Shown here: positions 9,705 through 18,927 of the stretch, one piece after another
Layout of the letters: each line of letters opens with the position of its first letter
Position numbering within the stretch: position 1 is the stretch's first letter
NCBI GenBank assembly: GCA_040219255.1
Contig: JAVJSW010000068.1
Span: 160,001-224,000, forward strand
Direction of reading: 5' to 3'
Length of the DNA: 64,000 nt
Source of the DNA: Sumerlaeia bacterium
Lineage (GTDB): Bacteria > Sumerlaeota > Sumerlaeia > SLMS01 > JAHLLQ01
The notes under the pieces: generated by a model
Seen by the model: the letters and a program-made list of their open reading frames with translations, nothing else
Database searches by the model: none
What the model was told of the DNA's origin: nothing
Translations under genes and position numbers: made by a program

Positions 9705-10849
9705 AGTTCGTTCTCTTCTACCACTCACTCATTTCGGACTGGAACCACGGAAACGCCCATTTCCTGCGGGGCGTCGCCAGCGAACTGATCGCCCGGGGCC
9801 ACCAGGTCACGGCGGTCGAGCACCCGCTGAACTGGAGCCTGACGAACCTGCTCAAAGAGCACGGCGAGGAACCGATCCGCGAATTCCGCAGGGTCTATCC
9901 CACGCTCAAGCCCCGGTTCCTCGGCGGCGCGGTGGCCGACTGGCCGCTCGACGAGGTCCTGGCCGAAGCGGACGTGGTGATTGTCCACGAATGGAACGCG
10001 CCGGAGCTGATTTCGCTGATCGGCCAGCACCGCCGCCGCACCGGCGCCGGGTACGCTCTCCTGTTTCACGACACGCACCACCGGGGCGTCACCGCGCCCG
10101 AGGATATGGCCCGCTTCGACCTGAGAGAGTACGATGGCGTGCTGGCGTTCGGCGAGGTGCTGAGCGAACTCTATCGCGAGAAGGGCTGGGCCGAGCGCGC
10201 CTGGACCTGGCACGAAGCCGCCGACACGCGCGTTTTCTTCCCCCGCGCCAACGGCCACGAGGCCGAGGGCGATCTCGTCTGGATCGGAAACTGGGGCGAC
10301 GATGAGCGCACCGCCGAGCTGCACGAGTTCCTCCTGCGCCCCACCGCCGAACTGGGTCTGCGCGCCACCGTCCACGGCGTGCGCTATCCGCGGGAAGCGA
10401 AAGCCGCCCTGCGCGACGCGGGGCTCAGCTATCGGGGCTGGCTGCCGAACCTCCGCGTGCCCGAAGCCTTCAGCCGCTATCGCGTCACCATCCACGTGCC
10501 CCGCCGCCCCTATGTCGAGGCGCTGCCGGGCATTCCCACCATCCGCCCCTTCGAAGCCATGGCCTGCGGCATTCCGCTGGTGTGTTCGCCCTGGCAGGAC
10601 AGCGAAAACCTCTTCCGGCCAGGCAACGATTATCTTGTCGCGCGTAACGGCGCCGACATGAAGACGGCATTGCGGGCGATTCTCCACGAACCCGAACTCG
10701 CCCGGACCCTTGCCAGCAATGGTCTCGAAACTATCCGCGGCCGCCACACCTGCGCTCATCGCACCGATGAGCTTCTCCAAATCGTCGAGTCTCTCGTCTC
10801 GCCCACCCTTGCCACTTCATTCCACGAAAAGGACTCCCTCGCGTCATGA
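9701..10849 (+). CDS. CgeB-like (Glyco_trans_1_2) glycosyltransferase
   Basis: SDWNHGNAHFLRG, HDTHHR, IPTIRPFEAMACG, HTCAHR; GTGA overlap start at 9701. Confidence 0.85.
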   Translation: MKFVLFYHSLISDWNHGNAHFLRGVASELIARGHQVTAVEHPLNWSLTNLLKEHGEEPIREFRRVYPTLKPRFLGGAVADWPLDEVLAEADVVIVHEWNAPELISLIGQHRRRTGAGYALLFHDTHHRGVTAPEDMARFDLREYDGVLAFGEVLSELYREKGWAERAWTWHEAADTRVFFPRANGHEAEGDLVWIGNWGDDERTAELHEFLLRPTAELGLRATVHGVRYPREAKAALRDAGLSYRGWLPNLRVPEAFSRYRVTIHVPRRPYVEALPGIPTIRPFEAMACGIPLVCSPWQDSENLFRPGNDYLVARNGADMKTALRAILHEPELARTLASNGLETIRGRHTCAHRTDELLQIVESLVSPTLATSFHEKDSLAS

Positions 10850-11925
10850 CTCTTCGCATCGCTTTCTTTGGTTCCAGCCTCGTTTCGGCTTACTGGAACG
10901 GCGCCGCCACCTACTACCGGGGCATGATTCGCGCCCTGGCTGCCCAAGGCCACCGGGTCACCTTCTACGAACCGGATGCTTTCGGCCGCCAGGCCCACCG
11001 CGACATGCCCGATCCGGATTGGGCCACGGTGCGCGTTTACGAACCGAACGAGGAATCCGCTGGCCGCGAACTGCGCCACGCCGCTGGCGCCGACATCGTG
11101 GTGAAGGCCAGTGGCGTCGGCGTTCACGACGAATTCCTGGAGCGAGAAGTCCTGTCCCTTCAGTCACCCAACACTCGCGTGGTATTCTGGGACGTGGACG
11201 CCCCGGCGACTTTGGATCGCGTGCGCCGCGTGCCGAGCGATCCGTTCAAACACCTGGTGCCGGACTACGACATGATCCTGACCTATGGCGGTGGCCCAGC
11301 CGTGGTGGAGGCCTACCGGGCGCTGGGCGCGCGCGATTGCGTGCCGATCTACAATGCCCTCGACCCCGAGACCCATCACCCCGTAGCCCCGGTGGGCCGA
11401 TTCACGGGCGATCTCGGATTCCTGGGCAACCGCATGCCGGACCGCGAGGAGCGCGTGCAGGAATTCTTCTTCCGCGCCGCAGAGAACGCACCCAAGCACC
11501 GCTTCCTCCTGGGCGGCAGCGGCTGGGATGGGCTCGGCCGGCCGAATGTGAAAATCCTCGGCCACGTCTATACCCGCGACCACAACGCGTTCAATTCCAC
11601 GCCGCGCGCCGTGCTGAACATCAACCGCGACTGCATGGCTCGCGTGGGCTACTCGCCGCCGACGCGCGTGTTCGAGGCCGCAGGCGCCGGGGCCTGCCTG
11701 ATCACCGACGCCTGGGAAGGCATCGAGCAATTCCTGGAGCCAGAGGTTGAGGTCCTGGTCGCCCGCAACGGCGCCGAAGTCGCCCAACTGGTCCGCGAGC
11801 TGGACGACGACCGCGCCCGCGCCATCGGCGAAGCGGCCCGCCGCCGCGTTCTGGCCGAGCACACCTACGGCGACCGCGCCAAGCAGGTGGAAAGCCTGCT
11901 GCTGGGGGTGGAAGCGGCCGCCTGA
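10846..11925 (+). CDS. CgeB-like glycosyltransferase
   Basis: SAYWNGAATYYRG, FWDVDAP, SPPTRVFEAAGAG, HTYGDRA; ATGA overlap. Confidence 0.85.
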   Translation: MTLRIAFFGSSLVSAYWNGAATYYRGMIRALAAQGHRVTFYEPDAFGRQAHRDMPDPDWATVRVYEPNEESAGRELRHAAGADIVVKASGVGVHDEFLEREVLSLQSPNTRVVFWDVDAPATLDRVRRVPSDPFKHLVPDYDMILTYGGGPAVVEAYRALGARDCVPIYNALDPETHHPVAPVGRFTGDLGFLGNRMPDREERVQEFFFRAAENAPKHRFLLGGSGWDGLGRPNVKILGHVYTRDHNAFNSTPRAVLNINRDCMARVGYSPPTRVFEAAGAGACLITDAWEGIEQFLEPEVEVLVARNGAEVAQLVRELDDDRARAIGEAARRRVLAEHTYGDRAKQVESLLLGVEAAA

Positions 11926-11945
11926 GCCAGGGCGCTGGTATTCTT

Positions 11946-13019
11946 ATGCGAATCGTCTTTCTCGGCCTCTCCATCACTTCGTCCTGGGGCAACGGCCACG
12001 CCACCACCTATCGCGGCCTCGTCCGCGAACTCGACCGCCTCGGGCACGAGGTCTGGTTTCTCGAGCGCGACGCGCCCTGGTACGCCGCGAACCGCGACCT
12101 GCCCGAGCCGCCCTTTGGCCACACGCGGCTCTATGGATCGCTGGAGGAACTGCGCGATGCCTACCGCGGCCTCGTGCGGGACGCCGATCTGGTGGTCGCC
12201 GGATCCTACGTGCCCGACGGCATCGCCGTGGGCGAATGGGTCACCGCAACGGCCCAGGGTCTGACCGCGTTCTACGACATCGATACGCCGGTGACGCTCA
12301 CCAAAGTGGCCGCCGGTGAGTGCGAGTACCTGACCCCCAGCCTGATCGCCCGCTACGAGTTCTACCTCAGCTTCACCGGCGGGCCGACGCTTCAGTTCCT
12401 CGAGCAGCAGTACAAGGCCCCGCGAGCCCGGCCTCTGTACTGCTCCGTGGACCCGGAGCAGTACTTCCCCGAACCCGATGCCACGGCGCGTTACGACCTG
12501 GGCTACATGGGGACTTACAGCGAAGACCGCCAGCCGCCCCTCGACCGCCTGCTGATCCAGCCCGCCTGCCTCTGGCGCGAAGGGCGATTCATCGTCGCCG
12601 GGCCCCAGTACCCGCCGAGCATCGCCTGGCCACCGAATGTGCGGCGCATCGAGCACCTGCCGCCCGCCAAGCACCGGGAGTTCTACACCAGCCAGCGCTT
12701 CACCCTGAACATCACCCGCGCCGACATGGTCCGCGCCGGTTGGAGCCCCAGCGTGCGCCTCTTCGAAGCCGCCGCCTGCGCCGTGCCGATCGTCAGCGAC
12801 CCCTGGCCCGGCCTGGGCGAAATCTTCGAGATCGGTCGCGAACTCCTCGTGGCCGAACGTCCGGAAGACGTTCTGACCTACTTGCAGGACCTGCCGGAGG
12901 AAGACGCCCGCGCCATCGGCGAAGCCGGCCGCCAGCGGGTGTTGGCCAGCCACACCGCCGCGCACCGGGCACGGGAACTCGAATCCTACGCGGCCGAGCT
13001 TCTGGAGGTCTCGCCATGA
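11946..13019 (+). CDS. CgeB-like glycosyltransferase
   Basis: SSWGNGHATTYRG, FYDIDTP, SPSVRLFEAAAC, HTAAHRA. Confidence 0.85.
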   Translation: MRIVFLGLSITSSWGNGHATTYRGLVRELDRLGHEVWFLERDAPWYAANRDLPEPPFGHTRLYGSLEELRDAYRGLVRDADLVVAGSYVPDGIAVGEWVTATAQGLTAFYDIDTPVTLTKVAAGECEYLTPSLIARYEFYLSFTGGPTLQFLEQQYKAPRARPLYCSVDPEQYFPEPDATARYDLGYMGTYSEDRQPPLDRLLIQPACLWREGRFIVAGPQYPPSIAWPPNVRRIEHLPPAKHREFYTSQRFTLNITRADMVRAGWSPSVRLFEAAACAVPIVSDPWPGLGEIFEIGRELLVAERPEDVLTYLQDLPEEDARAIGEAGRQRVLASHTAAHRARELESYAAELLEVSP

Positions 13020-13825
13020 CTTTGCCGATTCAAGACGCCCCGGAAATCGAGGAGGAGATCGAAGCCCTCGGTCCCTGGTTTCACAACCTGCACCTGCCCT
13101 GTGGTATGCAGACGGCGCCCAGCCATCCGCTGGGGGATTTTCCCGCGTTCAAGTGGGCCGAGATCAGCCCGTCCCTGCCGGAGAACCTGAGCGGCTGGAC
13201 AGCGCTCGACATCGGCTGCAACGCCGGGTTCTACACGTTTGAACTCGCCCGCCGCGGCGCCCGTGTCACCGCCATCGACCTGGACCCCCACTACCTGCGC
13301 CAGGCCCGCTGGGCCGCCCAGCAGTTCGGCGTCGAGGGCCAGGTCGAATTCCGCCGCATGCAGGTCTATGAACTGGCCCGCGAACCAGAGGACCTGGCTT
13401 TCGACCTCGTGCTGTTCATGGGCGTGTTCTATCACCTGCGCTATCCCGTGCTGGGGCTCGACGCGGTGGCGCGGCGCACGCGGCGGCTGATGGTTTTTCA
13501 GACCCTGACGATGCCCGGCGAAGAAGTGGAGTCCGGCGACGGCGCCATGACGCTCGACGACCGCGGCGCGTTCCTGCGCCCTGGCTGGCCCAAGATGGCC
13601 TACATGGAGCACGGGCTCTGCAACGACCCGACGAACCGCTTCGCCGCCAATCACGCGGCGGTCGAGGCGCTTCTGCGCAGCGCAGGCCTCCGCGTCCGCG
13701 AACGCCCCGGGCACGAAATCTACGTCTGCGAACCGGACGCGAGCCTTCTACTCCAGGGCGAAATGGCACGCATCGTGGACGAAGAGTACGCGGCGGCTTC
13801 AGGGGCGAAGCGCCCGAATTCTTGA
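13016..13825 (+). CDS. SAM-dependent methyltransferase, TIGR04290-like
   Basis: LGPWFHNLHL..APSHPLGDFP..KW, LDIGCNAGFY, FMGVFYHLRYP, NDPTN; GGAGG RBS and ATGA overlap at 13016. Confidence 0.85.
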   Translation: MTLPIQDAPEIEEEIEALGPWFHNLHLPCGMQTAPSHPLGDFPAFKWAEISPSLPENLSGWTALDIGCNAGFYTFELARRGARVTAIDLDPHYLRQARWAAQQFGVEGQVEFRRMQVYELAREPEDLAFDLVLFMGVFYHLRYPVLGLDAVARRTRRLMVFQTLTMPGEEVESGDGAMTLDDRGAFLRPGWPKMAYMEHGLCNDPTNRFAANHAAVEALLRSAGLRVRERPGHEIYVCEPDASLLLQGEMARIVDEEYAAASGAKRPNS

Positions 13826-13843
13826 CTCCTTTGAATATAAAAG

Positions 13844-13885
13844 AAAGCCCCCGCCAGAGACCGATGGCGCTCTGGCGGGGACTTT
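13844..13885. terminator. Probable bidirectional intrinsic terminator
   Basis: 11-bp stem CCCCGCCAGAG (13849-13859) / CTCTGGCGGGG (13870-13880) between convergent genes, A-rich on the left and T-rich on the right. Confidence 0.7.
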
Positions 13886-13910
13886 GACTTGGGCCTTGGG
13901 TTGCTCCCGT

Positions 13911-16900
13911 TTACGGGGCGATTTCGATGCGTTCCAGAGTGAAGTGATCCAGCGTGACTGGGCTATTCAGGGCGTCGGTCGCGTCGAAGTGCGCGAGGTC
14001 GAACGCCGCCAGAATCGTCTGGCCGTCCGCCGCGCCGGCGGGTACCTGGAGGTACACGTCGTAAAGGCGGCCCTGGCCATCGGCGGTTTCCGTCGAGCCG
14101 TTGATGCTATCGACGGAGACGACGCTGGAGACCTGGAAGCCGCTCAGGTTGAGACGGCCTCGGAAGGACGGCACTTCGGCGGGGTTGTCACTCGCCGCGC
14201 GGATCAGGAACCGCCCGCGATAGAGCGCTCCCGGCGTCGCCGCGACGCCCGTGTCGGTGTTCCAGAAGCCGAAGCTCGGCGTCTGGCTGGCGGCCAGATC
14301 GAGACCACCGGAGAGACCCGAGGCCCGCAGCGGCAACGGCAGGAAACCGTCCGCACCGCCAAAGAGCCAGCCTTCCGAACTGGAGTCGAAGTCCTGGGAA
14401 ACCAGCGTTTCGAGTACGTTGACACGCTCCGGATCGACCGGCCGCACGTTCAGGCGATCGAGGAAGAAGGTGGCATCGCTGGCGTCGAAGCCCGACACGT
14501 TCAGCAGATCGAGTGCCACGAACCAATCGTCGAGCCCGTCGGAAGCCGCCGCCGGCGTAAAGAACGTCCGGTATTCACGGCCCTGCGGGCCGGGCGAGAG
14601 GCGGCCGTCGCCGACCGACTCGACGCTGAGGAACGCGCCCTTCTGGAACGATTGGTTGTTGAAGCGCAGGCGCAGGTTCGGCACCAGCGAGCTGTCGCTG
14701 ACGTCGCTGCTGACCTGGGCGATCACCTCGTAGAGCGTATTCGGCTCGATGGAAATGGCGTCTTCCGGCAGGCTCAGGAAGCCGAAAGTTTCCGTGTTGT
14801 CCGCCGAGCGCAGGCCCGGACGGCTCCCATCGACGACCGGCACGGTGGGCAGGAAATCCGCGATGGGATCACTGAACCGCACCGTGTCGAGACGCAGCAC
14901 GAGGAAAGCCTCGATCTGTCCGTCGCCCGTGGGCGGGCCTTCGATGCGCAGCAGATCGCCGATCACGAAGTCCTCCAGCGCAATGGCCCCGTCTTCCACA
15001 TCCACCAGCAAGGTGTCGGTGGTGACCTGGGCCGTGACGCCACTGGCGGTCAGGGTCCGCGCCACGAGGTCCACATCGGTCAGGATGGACGCCAGAATGT
15101 CGATGTGCTTGGCGACCAGGATACCGTTGCTCAGCTTGGGACCGCTGACGAAGACAAGGTCGCCTTCGCGCAGGTCACCGAGGTCCGTGCTCTGGCGGCG
15201 GAAGCCGCGAATGTTCGGCTCCTGCGTCAGATCCACGGGGGTCGCGCCAACGGTCATGCTGGTCAGGTCGTCGCTGATTCCGGTGATCAGACCACGAACG
15301 CGGGCGGGAATGCCCGGTTCGTCGTTCTCTTCCAGAACGCGAATCTTCAGGGCGAGGAGCATGCCCTCGCGCACCTGCCCATGGACGCGGACCAATTGAT
15401 CGACGCCCAGATCGGCGAAGCTCAGGGGGTCGCCGCGGCGGCTGGTGATTTCCGTCAGGTCCAGCACCTTGATAAGGATGCCGGCGACTTCGATGGTCAT
15501 CGTTTCGCTCGAGATGGCGTCGATCTTGCCGACGATGTGTTCCGGCGCGGGCGGGGTGTCGCCTTCGCGGCGGAGCAGTTTGACTTCGCAGGCGATCAGC
15601 CCGGCAAAGCCCGCGATTGCCTCGACCTTGACGATGTCGCCCACGTTCAGGTCGGCGGGCGTGATGGGGTTGCCTTCGCGGTCGGAGAACTCGGTTTCCG
15701 AGGTCAGGTCCACCGCGGTTCCGGCAACGACCATCTGGCTGTTGGCGACTTGCTCGATGGGGCCGGAAAACTCGATGGTGGGGCCGCAGCGGTCGTCACC
15801 GTCTTCGTCTTCCAGCTTCACCTTGCGGGCGATCCAGTCCTCGCCGACTACCCGGCCTTCGACCTCGACGAATTGGCCGACGGCCAAATCAGCGATGGTC
15901 AGCGGGGTGCCATTGTCGCCGAAAATGCGCGTATTGGGCGTCACCAGGATCGAACGATCCCGGATAACGATTTCCACGGACGTTGTCTCGAAAGCGGGGT
16001 TGATGGCGGCGATGGGGCCTTCGATTTCGAATTCGAGACCGAGCGGCCCTTCGACTTTGATTTCAAGCGCCAGGATCGCCGGCATCGGCGGCAGACTCGC
16101 TTCGCCCTTGCCGGGATCGGGGTGGAGGACGATGCCTTCCACCTCGACAAACTGACCGACGGACAAGTCCGCCAGCGTCAACGTGGTGGCGCGGTCTTCG
16201 CCGCGAATGACCGTATTCTCGTCCACCAGCACAGGGATTTCACCGTTCAGGACCAGGGCGCCGTTCGTTAGGTCGATGTCGCTGATGCGGCCACGGACCT
16301 CGATTTCATCGACCGGCGTTTGGTCGCGAAGCTTGATCATCTCCGCCAGCACGACACCGTCGGTGCGCAGCCGGCCCTTGACGAAAACCGGCTGGCCCTC
16401 GGCCAGATCGCCGAAGGTCAAGCGCTCGTTTTCGAACCCGAGAATCATCGTGCGCGACGTGACGGCGACGCGGAAGTCAGCCACCCGCAAGGTTTGGTTG
16501 CTGACGTCGATCGCTTCGATAACGCCCGGGATGCGGACCTCGTCGCCCGGGTCCCCATCGTCGTCGTCTTCGTCGACACGGATCACCGTGGCCACCAATT
16601 CACCGTTGCTGTTGAAGCAACCGCGCACCCGCACCTCGAGATCGCCAATCAGGTGATCGAACGGCACGGGGCGGTTTTCGTCACGGACGATGCGCGTCTC
16701 GGAAGTAATCAAGACCACGGTGCCATCCACGACGATCTTGCCGGCGGCGCGGTCGATTTCCTCGATTTCGCCTTCCACCACTCCGGGCTCGGGACAGGCG
16801 GGATCAGTATTCTCGCAGTCCTCAGAACGATTCAGGAAGACCAGCGGGAAGGGCGGCGTCGCCGCCGTGCGCAGGCACGCGGCGAACTCGACGCAGTCGC

Positions 16901-18656
16901 CGATGGCCAAATTCTCGAGCGCATCCTCGGACACGTCCGAGAAGCCCTCCACCACCTTCATGGGGAAGCCGTCCACGGAAACCAGGCCGCGGTCTTCGCT
17001 GAGGAACGTTACCCGGCCCGTCATCGCGGGGCTCGGCGCGCAATCCGTGGGGTCTGGGTCGCCGCCGCAATCGTCTTCCAGATCGATGGACAACGCCACC
17101 AGCGGGAAGGCGTTCGCGCAGGCTTCCACCTCGACGCAGTCCCCAACCGCCAGGTCGCTCAGTCCGGTCAGGGAACCCTCGAAAGCGGTCTGGTTATTTA
17201 CGACGAAAATCACACCGTTGACCACGATACCGGAAACGCCGTCGGTGCTGACTTCGCGGATCGCGTCGATTCGGCCGCGCTCCTCGATGTCGCGGCAACG
17301 GTCTTCACAATCGTCGCTCTTTCCGATGGATTCCGCGGGGATCGGCAGAACGGCGGTGGCGTCGCTGTTGGGCTTGCAGCCCTCCACCTCGACACACAGG
17401 CCGTCCGTCAGACCGGCGCGGGTCAGGCCGTCCTCGAAAATCGTCGTGTTGGTGATTTCGAAGGGCAGACCGCGTACCACAATGACGTTGTCGGATGAGT
17501 TGATGAGTTGAACGCGGCCCTCGACCTCGATTTCGTCGCAGGTGTCGTCATCGCAGTCGTCGCTCAGGGCGACCACCTCGGCGGCGAGCGGCGGAATCAC
17601 GGTCGGCGTGGGCAGGTCGCCCGGCGCCGGCAGGCAGCCCTTCGCATACAGGCATGCCCCAGCGACGATACTCTCGCGCGAGGCGCCATTCTTGAATTCG
17701 GTTTCGTCGGTCAGGAAGAAGCGATAGCCGTCGATGTTGAACTCGCCGGTCGCGGTCACTTCCAGGACTTCGCCTTCAGCGTCGATTTCCTGGCATCCGC
17801 CGACGCCGCAGTCGTCGCTGCGGCGAACGCGTTCGGCGTCGGCGATGGCCGGGATCGTGGGCGCTTGCCCGCCCGGCGCCGTTTCCGGCGTCGGGATGCA
17901 GCCCTTCACCTCGACACAGTCGCCCACGTTGAGCGCCAGGAACCCTTCGATGCCATCGAAGTCCGTCGCGCCGGTCACGAAGAAGCCCAGGTCGCCCACG
18001 ACAAAGGTGCGGTTGGCCCGGTCGATGGCGGAAATCCGTCCTTGCCGCTCCACGTCGGCGCAGCCGCCACCGGGGCCGCCGCAGTCATTGCTGCGGCCCA
18101 CAAAAGCCGCGTGCTTCGGATCTTCATCGGTGTCGCCGCAGGCTTCGACCACCAGGCAGGTGCCCAATTCGGCGCCGAAAAGGTCGAACCCGACCCGCGT
18201 CTCGCCGGTGATCAGGAAGACCTGGCCGTCCACGGTGATGGTTCCCAGGCCGGGAGCCACCGCTTCGAGCCGGCCCACGACGCGGATTTCCTGCGAGCAG
18301 TCCTCGCCGCCTTCGCCGCAGTCGTCGCTTGGGTCCATCTCCACGATAACCAAAGGCAGCGTCCCGGTGGTGGGGGCGGAAAGCTCGAGTTCCACGCAAT
18401 CGCCGACCGCATAGGAGTCGAGGCCTCCCTCGATGTCCGAAACCCCTGGAATCACGGCGGCGGTGATCCCCCCATCGAGCGTCACCGTCGAGGAGGTCAG
18501 CCGGGTGATGACTCCCGTCACGTCCCCTTCCGGCGGCTGAGCCGCCAATGGGCTCGACAAGAGCAGGGAGAAGAGCAGGATAAATAAGGGCGTCAGGAAA
18601 CAGGCCGCCGGAGAGCGGCGGCAGGCCCTGATCCTTCGAAAAAGGACGTCGGACAT
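13911..18656 (-). CDS. Large exported protein with about 15 DUF5666-like OB-fold repeats and a tandem C-terminal module
   Basis: Signal peptide (..LLSSPLAA|Q); repeats E.EG.I..ID.....V.G...V...T.F/I....L.VG..VEVEG; GGAGG RBS before ATG 18656. Confidence 0.75.
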   Translation of the reverse strand: MSDVLFRRIRACRRSPAACFLTPLFILLFSLLLSSPLAAQPPEGDVTGVITRLTSSTVTLDGGITAAVIPGVSDIEGGLDSYAVGDCVELELSAPTTGTLPLVIVEMDPSDDCGEGGEDCSQEIRVVGRLEAVAPGLGTITVDGQVFLITGETRVGFDLFGAELGTCLVVEACGDTDEDPKHAAFVGRSNDCGGPGGGCADVERQGRISAIDRANRTFVVGDLGFFVTGATDFDGIEGFLALNVGDCVEVKGCIPTPETAPGGQAPTIPAIADAERVRRSDDCGVGGCQEIDAEGEVLEVTATGEFNIDGYRFFLTDETEFKNGASRESIVAGACLYAKGCLPAPGDLPTPTVIPPLAAEVVALSDDCDDDTCDEIEVEGRVQLINSSDNVIVVRGLPFEITNTTIFEDGLTRAGLTDGLCVEVEGCKPNSDATAVLPIPAESIGKSDDCEDRCRDIEERGRIDAIREVSTDGVSGIVVNGVIFVVNNQTAFEGSLTGLSDLAVGDCVEVEACANAFPLVALSIDLEDDCGGDPDPTDCAPSPAMTGRVTFLSEDRGLVSVDGFPMKVVEGFSDVSEDALENLAIGDCVEFAACLRTAATPPFPLVFLNRSEDCENTDPACPEPGVVEGEIEEIDRAAGKIVVDGTVVLITSETRIVRDENRPVPFDHLIGDLEVRVRGCFNSNGELVATVIRVDEDDDDGDPGDEVRIPGVIEAIDVSNQTLRVADFRVAVTSRTMILGFENERLTFGDLAEGQPVFVKGRLRTDGVVLAEMIKLRDQTPVDEIEVRGRISDIDLTNGALVLNGEIPVLVDENTVIRGEDRATTLTLADLSVGQFVEVEGIVLHPDPGKGEASLPPMPAILALEIKVEGPLGLEFEIEGPIAAINPAFETTSVEIVIRDRSILVTPNTRIFGDNGTPLTIADLAVGQFVEVEGRVVGEDWIARKVKLEDEDGDDRCGPTIEFSGPIEQVANSQMVVAGTAVDLTSETEFSDREGNPITPADLNVGDIVKVEAIAGFAGLIACEVKLLRREGDTPPAPEHIVGKIDAISSETMTIEVAGILIKVLDLTEITSRRGDPLSFADLGVDQLVRVHGQVREGMLLALKIRVLEENDEPGIPARVRGLITGISDDLTSMTVGATPVDLTQEPNIRGFRRQSTDLGDLREGDLVFVSGPKLSNGILVAKHIDILASILTDVDLVARTLTASGVTAQVTTDTLLVDVEDGAIALEDFVIGDLLRIEGPPTGDGQIEAFLVLRLDTVRFSDPIADFLPTVPVVDGSRPGLRSADNTETFGFLSLPEDAISIEPNTLYEVIAQVSSDVSDSSLVPNLRLRFNNQSFQKGAFLSVESVGDGRLSPGPQGREYRTFFTPAAASDGLDDWFVALDLLNVSGFDASDATFFLDRLNVRPVDPERVNVLETLVSQDFDSSSEGWLFGGADGFLPLPLRASGLSGGLDLAASQTPSFGFWNTDTGVAATPGALYRGRFLIRAASDNPAEVPSFRGRLNLSGFQVSSVVSVDSINGSTETADGQGRLYDVYLQVPAGAADGQTILAAFDLAHFDATDALNSPVTLDHFTLERIEIAP

Positions 18657-18693
18657 CGGTTTTTCCTCCATGGAGACAGATGGATGCAAAATA

Positions 18694-18707
18694 TCGCACA
18701 TGTGCGA
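18694..18707. promoter_or_regulatory. Perfect 14-bp palindrome, candidate operator
   Basis: TCGCACATGTGCGA in the divergent intergenic region, about 40 bp upstream of the DUF5666 gene start. Confidence 0.35.
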
Positions 18708-18927
18708 AATCGCAACAGGATTCTCGAAAGGCTAAGTGGACCCAGGCCACTCGCCACTTACAACCTCCAATGGAACGATCGAGGAAAAACCTTGCCGGGA
18801 TCAAACCGCCCCCCCGAGGGTGTAAGAATAAAAACCGCGACTGCCACTGTCCTCTTCAAACGGCTGGCGAAGGAATTCGCCGGTTCGAGGGGCAGCAAGG
18901 GCGGAAGATTCAGGGATTGAAGATTCT

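Noticed and set aside
2868-13825. Glycan cassette as an active genomic island
   Set aside because: No integrase, transposase, tRNA target or flanking direct repeats, and composition looks similar to the rest of the window.
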